Positions 54,060 through 64,000 of a stretch of DNA of 64,000 bases are shown here, piece after piece. The stretch lies in contig OX597820.1 in NCBI GenBank assembly GCA_951406725.2, positions 125,736,001-125,800,000 on the forward strand, given 5' to 3'. The notes beneath the pieces are model-generated. The model was not told the origin of the DNA. It made no database searches and worked only from the letters and a program-made list of their open reading frames with translations. Both the position numbers and the translations under genes were made by a program. Numbering within the stretch: the stretch's first letter is position 1; the number at the start of each line of letters is the position of its first letter. The DNA is from Octopus vulgaris. Lineage: Eukaryota.

Positions 54060-54339
54060 TTTCTTAAGAAAACATTAAATTACAATAATTCCAATGTCAT
54101 GATTAGTGAAACACAATATAAAATATATTTGTTGACGTAAACCCTTACTTTCAGATATCCCCACAAAAAAATCCTAGGGAAAGTGAAGGCTAATTGACAT
54201 TGTCATAGTGGGAGATTCTAAAGCACAGCCGTAGCAACTGCATTGTTTCTCTTGCGGTATGAGCAGTTGCCCCATTTTACTGGAGCTGTGTGAGAGTCTA
54301 CTTTGAATGGTCGGGTGCAAAAAGAGTGTCAGTCTTAGA

Positions 54340-54666
54340 TACCAGAAAGAGAGAGTTTACATCAACAAATCGGAGACCCTGGTGAATCTGAAGAAGAACA
54401 TCAATAAAGAAAGCAGAGAAGGGAGGTTTGAAACTCTTGAGGGTGTTACAGTGCAAGGTTTGGAAAGAGCACGGACGCGCGAAGCCGATAATGGTAGGCA
54501 TTTAAGCGATGCCATTTTTCGTATGCGATGTAGTGGTGTTGCAAAATTTGACTTGTGCATATTAATTTCATTATGTCTTTTATATTGTATCAAAATTTCA
54601 TTCTTTTATTTGTTATGTTATGGAAATTATTAAAACTTAACACCTCTCAGTGACTTTTGGGACGCA

Positions 54667-54669
<3 letters not shown>
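54340..54669 (+). mobile_element. 3' end of a Tc1/mariner-superfamily transposon
   Basis: KERVYINKSETLVNLKKNI...RAR..DNGRHLSDAIF resembles a transposase C-terminus; ends GTGACTTTTGGGACGCACTG|TA. Confidence 0.55.
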
Positions 54670-54725
<56 letters not shown>

Positions 54726-57539
54726 CATACATACGTATACACACACGCACACTCACCGCATATATATATGTAGGCATGTATATGATCTGAATGTATTTTG
54801 CTATAAACATGATTGATTAAACTGTTTGGTTACAGAGACACGTCCTTCTGAGTAGTGCCCAGACATTCTAGAACTCTCAGAGGGAAAATGTATTACTTCA
54901 ATTCTACATTCTGTTCTTTTGTAAATTAAATGAAGCTTTAGATAATGTAGTGTTAAATGCATTTGAGAAAAGAAACAGTTGTTGGCGGCTGTAACGCCTT
55001 TGAACTTCGGACTACTTGACCAAGTCTAACCTAAAGCCAATCATCAATAATAACTATCACATCTATAGAACAGAAACAATTCGAAATCATCTGGGGTCTA
55101 AAACAAATCAATTTGCTCTGAAATCTTGTATCTTATGACTTATTTGAAACTAAAATATGTAGATATGTAAACACTGTATGTAAAAGAAATCAATTCCCTA
55201 TACCTACATGAATCACTATTTTCTGCAGAATCGTGTGGAAACCAATAAATCAATAAGAACGTTTCTGGGGCTTTTTGGTTTTGTTTTTTGTTTATCTAAT
55301 CGATATTTTCCATTGATATAAAGTGTTTTATGGTCTATTTGGAAAATGTTCGGTGAGTTGCATTTATTAGTAGATAAATGACAAATGTCACCAGATTTGT
55401 AAGTGAAAAGAAATGGGTCACCCATGCCATAAATATTAATAGAATAAAGTGAAGTGAATGAAAGGTCTTCAGTCAGGTGAAGGAATTCAGTTGCATCAGT
55501 TGTAAATTCTGTTCGTTTGTAACTTAGCACCTACTCTTAGGCACTCACCACAGATCACAAACAGAATGTCTATATAAGCAGACGACACACGATATACACT
55601 CACAAATGCAACTGAAATTACACATATAAGTATAGCTATTCCGAGTGACTAATGCATGCACGTAAGCATTCTAGCAATGAAAGCTTTTAGGAATTTCTTT
55701 ATAAAATAAAAGGCCTACCTAGAAATTGTCTTTCTCCATGCACACGTTATCACGCATAGTAGTCTCTATTATTACTGCATCTTTCTATACAATACAAACT
55801 AATAGTAGCTACAGACTTCACGAAAAATAAAAACTGGTGATATATCAATTCAACTATTGTATGTCCATTCTATTTAGAATGACACATGAAACTAAGTTTG
55901 GGAAATCAATGTCAAATTATTCTTTCAAAAGAAGTTGGACTTCAGATAGGTAAGAGGAAAATATTACTTTTGAATTAAAGCACTGATATTTTTCCATTGA
56001 TTCTTTCATACTTGAATTGATTTAATATACATTGAAGAATTCGTTCCCTTAAACAAATACAAACAATTTCTCTGAGAATCAACTTACAATTACTTCAAGT
56101 TCTGTGAGAAGCCCGCAAGTCTAGCTAAACGTTTACAGTAATAATGTATGTATTCGTTGTACAACCCTTATCATACAGATATTATTAGTAATATACTTAG
56201 AAGGTTTCGTATTTACAAATAAAGAACTGTGAATTCTGCATATAACTGTTAAGTGTTTTTCTAATAAACCTACTTGGTTATTTTCGATACTACTAGCTTA
56301 TGATAATTTGCTACCAACGGCTATGGTCACTGGTAATGCATTTGCTATTTACTTGTTACTACGTGGTGTGCCTGAAACTATATTGGCATTTAAATATAGA
56401 AATTAATTAGATTTTAGTGCTCTCTCGACATATATCTAGAGATTAAAGGCAAACGACCGTACAAATACCGGCCTAACTGGCTTTGCAATTGAGGGTCAGA
56501 TTAGCAAACGTCCAGTAGATATAACCTTGTACCTACTGCTTGAAGTATGTATCTGAATGCGTGCGTGTGAGTGTGTATGTGTGTGTGTGTGCGTGCGAAT
56601 GTGAGTCTGTATAACACAGAAAAGTGAGTGAGAAAGAAAGAAAGAAAGAAAGAAGGAAGGAAGGAAGGAAGGAAGGAAGGAAAGGAAGAAAGAAAGAGGG
56701 ATACGTGCACGTAACGAAATCTATCTAAATGCTGAATTAAATATAATGCAATTTATCTAAATGCATGCATGTTAATACATGTTTGTGGCTGCGTGCATGG
56801 AAATCCATTGAAATGATTATGAAACAATAGGTCGAACAGCACAGAGAAAAGGCAGCGTCTAAATAACAGACTTCCAAAATTACAAAGGTGGTACAAAATG
56901 TTTCCTGTATCCTACTTCAGTCTTAAACATTAAAGAAGCGGTGCAAAGCATGGAGCGAGTGTTCATCGTGACACCTGTGATCATTATGGGTTCCACTGTT
57001 CATCAACGTCAGGCTTCGTGAGATATCAGCAAGGGAGCTATACCTTATAGAAAACATTTAAGAAATAAAAGCATGCAGGAAACCTAAGTAGCGATATACT
57101 CCAACAGCTTTCTACCCAAAATCGAATAATCAAAGCTCACGTATAGAAACCATGACGTTATTCGTAATATATAATGGAGAAACTGTACAGAATGCGTAAA
57201 TGGATGAGGAATAAAGCACCTACATATACTCTTTCGATTGCCTGGTGTTATCCGTAAATTTACTGCAGGAACTTCGAAGTCGCGGTTGCGGAAACAGTAT
57301 TAGTAAAATAGGATTTGGAATGTATAATAGACTTTATTGGGCACAACACATGTTTCGCCCTGTTCTGGATTTCTTCTGGTACATCAATAAAAAGGGTCCT
57401 ACCTGGTATCACCTCGGGCAAGAGATTTTACTAGAACTTGGGGTCGACCAAAATGGATGTATAACAGTGAAGTATATATATATGTGTGTGTGTGTCCGCG
57501 CGCGCGCGTGCGCGTGTGTGTGTGTGTGTGTGTGTGTGC

Positions 57540-57690
57540 CTGTGTTTACGTCCCCGTAACTTAGAGGTTTGGCAAAATATTTCGATAGGAAAAGTATCAG
57601 CCTTTAAAACATTCGACAAAAATAAATCTTCAAGGTGGTGCCACAGTATGGCCGCAGTCTAATGACTGAAACAAGTAAAAGATAAAAGAT
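57540..57690 (+). mobile_element. SINE 3' half, dominant family
   Basis: GTTTACGTCCCCGTAACTTAG...GGCCGCAGTCTAATGACTGAAACAAGTAAAAG. Confidence 0.75.
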
Positions 57691-58783
57691 ATAGAACGAA
57701 CACTCACAGTAAATACAAAGTTTCAAATGAATAATGGAGCACTGTTACAGCTTTCGAGGATTAACATTCCGTTTGTTCGATGTACAAACGGAATGATAAA
57801 CCTCATAATTTATACTCACGTGCATACACTCAAACGCATGCATGCACGCTCTCACACTGATGCATGTAAAATATATGTATGTACATTTGCGAGTCAACAG
57901 CAAGAACAGTGATTCTGCTTCAGCTCGAAGTATTTTATTATTCAGCTGATTAATAGACACAGATACACGCATAAATTCACATCCTTTTCTCACAGAAAAA
58001 GCGCTTAAATATTACAACAGTTGCGAATACACATACCTAGCTAACATATGCTTCATTTAGAAACACTAGCAGATATCTATTTATATATTAAATATGTTTA
58101 TCTTTTTAAACTGAATGCGTATTTTAGAGTTATCTGAAATAAGTAGATTGCAAAACTTAGCAAATAAATATTGTTGAACGAAGCCAAGTATAAATTTATG
58201 CTAGAAACTGTTATGTTAGTTTCTTTTCAAATTAAATACCACAGTAGGAAACCCTATATACACTTGAAAATATTCTAAAATGATGGTGTAATTAAGTTAT
58301 TGCAACACTTTTAATCATCGTACTAATTAATGACGTATTTAGCTTCTTCTACCGAGTAAATAATGAATGTACGAACATAGCAACTAACGAACGTACGTAT
58401 TTATGAGTATATGTAAGTAAATACATATACATGTATGTGTGTGTGAATATAGGTATATACGTGTGTGTGTGTGCGTGCGTGTGTGTGTATATACTCATAT
58501 ATGTGCATATATAGACACATAAATGCGGAATATATATTAGATACTCTTCTTAAAGGGAACTGAGAAATAAAATAAAAATAACATAATTCTAAGATTATCT
58601 AAATTTAATAAACAAACTCGTTTGCAAACATTCATTTCGATAGCGTAGATGTCATTAGTAATATAGCTTGCAGGCCTTTGTTTTCTAACACAGGATCATA
58701 AATGCGCGCGCAAATTCATAAATGTGTATGTGTGTGTGTGTGTATTTGTGTGTGTGTGTGTGTGTGTATTTGTGTGTGTGTGT

Positions 58784-58822
<39 letters not shown>

Positions 58823-59894
58823 GCACTTGCTTTAGCTAAGGGCTTCCTTGACTACCAATAGAGACATTGACGTAATTATGGTTGCCTGGGAAATGCTGCT
58901 GATTAATAATGTTCGACCTGGATCAAGCAAACTGACTCACTGGGCCCTCGATGTAGCCATGAGGGCCTGAGTCAGCGCGGACATATACGGCCTTATAGGG
59001 CTATATATTTTAGACACCTTAAATAAACGGTTACCATCAGTTTTCTTTGGTCTCTAAAGGGATGATGCTCAGGCCCCCTCTAGAGGAGCTAACATATAGT
59101 GATAGGAAGGTCGTAATTAGTAACCTTAGCTACATGGGGGTGTAAGATAACAGTTAAAATCAACTTCACCATTGTAAACTGTTTAGACGTTACGTTAGAC
59201 TGGGCCTCCCGTTGATACAGACCTTACCTCAACTCAAATGACACAACCTCCTATCACCCGCCTAGGAACCTAGTGAAGAGTGTTAGCAAGAGAAGTTAGC
59301 AACCTGTCTTCAAGGTAAGACATTTCCGACGCCGTGGCGTCTTTCTACCACAACGATCTGGTGCCTAGTGGTTTCAAGGACGGTATCTCCTATACTCTGG
59401 GCCCTGGAACTCACAATAGGAAGCCCCACTGTAATGTCGTTAGGTTTGTCCCACACATCTTTCTCCATTTTAAAATCTACGTATGAAGAATATTATTTTG
59501 CTTGGTAGACAAACGCCGTCAGACAGTCAGATACATCGGGATGTTTGTTTAACAGGCGCAACTTCAGATTATCCTTCAGTTGTGCAATCAACATCAGGAG
59601 ATATTTTGTGAGCACCATTATGCCGCGGGCAGTTTCAGGATGTTCATGTAGGGTATACAGTGACTGGTAAGTGTGTGTGTCTGTGGGGGGCAATAAGATA
59701 ATGCGGGGATCGTGTACGAAGCTGACGTGGTAACCGTCAGTGGCATCCAGAGTAACAGCCTCAATATCAACGGCACATACGCCGACAATAATGACAAAGA
59801 TGAAAGCAGCAACTGTGTGTATGTGTGTGTGCATTTGTGTGTGTGTGTGTGTGTGTGTGTGTACGTGCGTGGGGGGGGGGGTGAGTGTATGTGT

Positions 59895-60088
59895 ATATGA
59901 GGTGGGGTTGAAAATGTTCCTAGCTTTCGATAAATTAATTATGGTGTTAATGAGCATATTCCCTCTCTGAGATTCACACATTTAGTGCAGGTGTCTTTCA
60001 CTCTTTCTAAGCCCTGTAAAAGAACTCGGAATCTTCGGCCTCCAACCAGGCCTTTCGATATCCTTAAAAAACACGCACCCCTTGTATA
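59895..60088 (+). mobile_element. Mariner-derived MITE (copy 1)
   Basis: Colinear with 63303-63492; TATGAGGTGGGGTTGAAAA...CACCCCTTGTA ends. Confidence 0.6.
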
Positions 60089-60559
60089 TGTTTGTACGTA
60101 TGTATATATATATATATATATAATATCAGAATCCATAGATTTCTACACCCCATAACTGCCACATTTACCCGAATAAAACACCTCCTATTTGCATCTACAT
60201 CTGATATTTCCTCTTCCCTCGGACGTAAATTGAATGTATTCCAAATACAGAATCAATTAATTACTTAATTTATTAGCTGCAAATGCTCGGGTTACAACAA
60301 TAACACTGTTTTCTAAAAATCAAAATATATTATCCACATTATTCCTGGTAGATAGCAGTTTTCTCAAAGTAGCTGCTTCAGCTTTTACCGCAAGATGACT
60401 CTAGAACCTGGCTGGTGCGTTTCTCACTGTGTTCCTGGAAATAACTTTAAACACTTCATTGATCTAGGCCATCAGCTCGGCTTTGGTATTGCATGTAAAA
60501 CGGTTGCTTTTTCTTTTTTGGCTCAACCGCATCTCACACATAGTAATCCATGGAATTAC

Positions 60560-60900
60560 CATCGGGCTAACAAGATGTAAACAGTTTGGGCTGGTCGTTT
60601 AGTAGAAATTCTCCGTCAGCCCTTTCTGACACTTTCCAGAATGTTCGCAACGAGCACAATCTCATTGCCACATATATGGCCTTCCAGTAGCAGTATTTTC
60701 TAGCAGGGTTTGAACCACAGTCTCCTGCCGCTTCACATAGCTGTCTGAATTGACTCTAAGGCTCTGTTCAAAGATGCGGAGCAGCCTGAAGCCACACTCA
60801 TCGGAGGCACAAATAAAGACCATCACACTTTGATGTAATTTAGTTTTCATGAGAAGCGCAATATCACATTATTAGCCACGCCAAACATTGCACTGGATGT
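60560..60900 (-). pseudogene. maT/DD37D-like transposase fragment
   Basis: KTKLHQSVMVF...LRVNSDSYV...GRPYMWQ resembles the maT catalytic region. Confidence 0.55.
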
Positions 60901-61917
60901 TGAGCGACTTGTCCTGGTAGAAGTTATTTTCGTAAGTATAAATGTATATACATACATACAAACACAGTAATGTATGTATGTTAGTATGGTTGTATGTTTG
61001 TGTGTGTGTATATATGTACGTGTGTGTCAGAGGGGCAGAGTATAAAATCGTTTCAGTTTACCTGTTTCATCATTTCAGTTATATAAAACTATTTGAATAT
61101 TCTGGGAATAAATTACGTTATACTATAATTTATCTAATTCGGAAATGATGTTTGATTTTCATATAACTTTCTCCTTCGAATGTTGCTATTTCTAAGCATT
61201 TTAGCGAAGGTCATTAGCTTTCGAGTTGATGTCGATGACATCAATCAAGCAGTTACGAAGAAAAGTTAGTTGTCGGATTGAAACTAAAATCACAATGAAT
61301 ATCTGGAAAAAAGGAAATGGCAATTTTCAAAACCACTTTAGAATCTACAGAATATTTATAGGCAAACTGGTAATTTACATTATACAGAGTGAGTATGATT
61401 TAGTTTATATGATAGAAAATACTGCTCATAGAAAAATATGTCACGAAAATCTTTATTTTTAAGTAAATTGAAAAGCGTTGCTGTTTATTTACCTTGAAAC
61501 AATGCCACTCTCTTCAACGAATGCACTCCAAAGAATGTTCTCACAAATAGCGAATGAATAAAGACCTGAGTCTAAGTCTTTTGGGGTAAAAAGAAACTTT
61601 GTAATATTGATAGCTATAATGGAATGCAAAACTCTCACTTTCTCTCTTCATTTAACTGAATAATTTCTTATGAAAAGATAACATTTAAACGCCCTTACAA
61701 CCGTAGGCTCTTCCCACACATTTTACGTGTTTCTCTTGCATAACACTGTTGAAATGTTGTATTTGAAAGCGAATTATTTGTAGTCTGCGTTCAAAAATCT
61801 TATATTCAAAAATGTAATGTTTTGTACGCAGATTGATATAACATAGCAGTTAAAATGTAATATAATTTTTAGTTGTATCACGTACAGTTTGGATGATATG
61901 TGTGTATGTGTGTGTGT

Positions 61918-62056
61918 GCGTATGTGGTAAGACGCTGCTTGCCAACCACATGGTTCGAGGTTCAATCCCACTGGGTGGTACCTTAAGTAAGTTTCTTCCA
62001 CTTATTGAATGACTTCTGAGTAGATGTGGTTGGCGGAAACTGAAAGAAGCCCATCG

Positions 62057-62089
<33 letters not shown>

Positions 62090-62310
62090 ATGTGTGCACG
62101 TGTGAGTATGTGTGTGTTGAGTATGTACCAATGTATGTATTTATATCTGTGTGTCTTCCTGGCTTTGTGTGTGTCTTTGTGTTTGTGACCGACAGAATGA
62201 GTACCAGGTTTTATAAAAAATACGCACTGGAGTCGATACATTCGGCTAAAAATTTATCAAGGCGGTGCCCCAACAGGGCCGAGGCCTAATGACTTAATCA
62301 CGGAAAAAAG
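61918..62310 (+). mobile_element. SINE, dominant family, diverged
   Basis: TGTGGTAAG...CCAACCACATGGTTCGAGGTTCAATCCCACT head; GGCGGTGCCCCAAC tail. Confidence 0.7.
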
Positions 62311-62326
62311 ATATATATATATCTGT

Positions 62327-62800
62327 AGGCGCAGGCGTGGTTGTGGAACCACATGGTGGAACCACATGGTGGAACCACATGGGTCAGGGTTCAGTCCCAC
62401 TCTGTGGCACCTTGGCAGTTGTCTTCCACTGTAGCCTCGGGCCGACCAAAGCCTTGTGAATGGATTTGGTAGACGGAAATTGAAAGAAATCCGTCGAAAC
62501 CATAGTGATATCCGAGGGGCAACTGATGATGGAGATATGTTGGATTGTTGGTGTGGCTGTTATTGTATGCGCAGAATAGTTTTATAACGCATCCATTTAA
62601 TATATGTATGTATATATTTGTGTGTCTGTTTTTGTAAACTTATCATTGCTTGACAACCGATTTTAGTGTCTTTACATCCCCCAATCTTGTGGTTCGGCAA
62701 AAGACCCCGATAGAATAAGTACTACGCTGACAAAGAATAAGTCCTGGGGTCGATTTGTTCGACTAAAAGCGGTGATCCAGCATGGCCGCAGTAAAAAAAA
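62327..62800 (+). mobile_element. SINE, dominant family
   Basis: GGCGCAGGCGTGG head with a triplicated 13-mer; GCGGTGATCCAGCATGGCCGCAG tail. Confidence 0.75.
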
Positions 62801-63302
62801 AGGATATATATATATATAAGTATGTATGTATGTATGTATGTATGTGCATGTAAATATAATCATATCTGTATGCATATATAGCGTTGTATAGAAGTACACT
62901 GGAAGGAACCTCACAGAACCACAAATACTGCATTCCTATTCCCAGGACGAGTATAGGAATCAGGTCTATGTGTAGGTTAGCATTCGAACCATATTATCGT
63001 AATTATAAGCACAAGAATATGCAGTCGTAGCTGCTTGTGTATGTGTAGAAAGACGTTGTCTTCACCCGACGCCACGTGCTTATTTTTCTCCTCTTTATGT
63101 CAACTTCTAGTTTCAGACACTCTCACCTTTTATTCTTATACACTAATAATGTCATTGCTTACAATAAATACATATTAGCGCAAGCATCCCACGAGAACAT
63201 TCTTGCTGAGAATGCTGAGGATATTTCTGTATTATGTTACGCAATCTATCCAATAGTATTGTGTAAATATAGCAATCGATTTGCTGGAACACGGGTGTGT
63301 TA

Positions 63303-63492
63303 TACGAGGGGGAGTTGAAAATTTCCTGCCTTTAGGTAAAAGCAAGAACTGAAGAATCAGTCAATTATGATTTTATTCAACATGTTCCACTCTCAGATTC
63401 ACACACTTATTGCAGCGATGCTCAGGTTTTTCTAAACCCTGTAGAAGAACCCGGAGTTTTGGTTCGACCCAGGCTTTTCCCACCTCGTCGTA
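63303..63492 (+). mobile_element. Mariner-derived MITE (copy 2)
   Basis: TACGAGGGGGAGTTGAAAATTTCC...CTTTTCCCACCTCGTCGTA; TA-bounded. Confidence 0.6.
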
Positions 63493-63527
63493 TTTGAATT
63501 CGAATTACGTTTATTTTATATATGCGC

Positions 63528-63601
<74 letters not shown>

Positions 63602-64000
63602 CATATATATGTATAGAATAATAATATATTCCGACGCTCTATTTCCTTTCAATCTGATGTGTTGCTAAATTTGATCATGCTACGTATAAGTGTTTACTAG
63701 CTGAGGGTATCTCTGTTTTTCTATTAGGAGCTTCCTTCTTCTTTGATGATGTTTATTTCTTTTTTCTTCTATTAATTCTTACTTATATATAGAAATAAAC
63801 ATGTTTCACACGTACATACATACATACATGAAACACATATGCATCTATACATTTATAAATACATGCTTATGCTCTGCTCATTTATACAAATACATGGTTA
63901 TAGTTATATATGTTGTGTGTGTGTGTGTGTGTAACGGCGTCTTCGTTTATATTTATGTAAACATGAATTTATTTCAAGAATACCAATAAATAATGTGTTT

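Noticed and set aside
62343-62381. Short direct repeats as a CRISPR-like array
   Set aside because: No spacers, eukaryotic context, no cas genes.

Overview
AT-rich, microsatellite-dense animal genomic DNA, intergenic or intronic. The tRNA-derived SINE families point to an octopus or other cephalopod (inference). Almost all ORFs in the supplied track are artefacts of (TA)n/(CA)n/(TATC)n repeats. The real coding content is transposon-derived: one near-intact CR1-clade LINE (~17.0-21.65 kb), an old degraded LINE 3' half (4.7-5.95 kb), a decayed hAT Charlie/SPIN-type element with a candidate 8-bp TSD, a Tigger element with nested insertions, several mariner/Tc1/maT relics and MITEs, and about 10 SINE copies. 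No host gene can be named; one candidate exon is noted. The most interesting signal is RNA structure in non-coding elements embedded in (TA)n. (1) A 232-bp inverted repeat, with no mismatch seen by eye, carries two copies of a complete type I hammerhead ribozyme in a Penelope-like architecture. (2) Three diverged repeats share a covarying hairpin/pseudoknot scaffold that holds hammerhead core motifs in permuted (type II) order. (3) Several degenerate hammerheads and fold-back elements are scattered through the window. All calls were made by eye without database searches.
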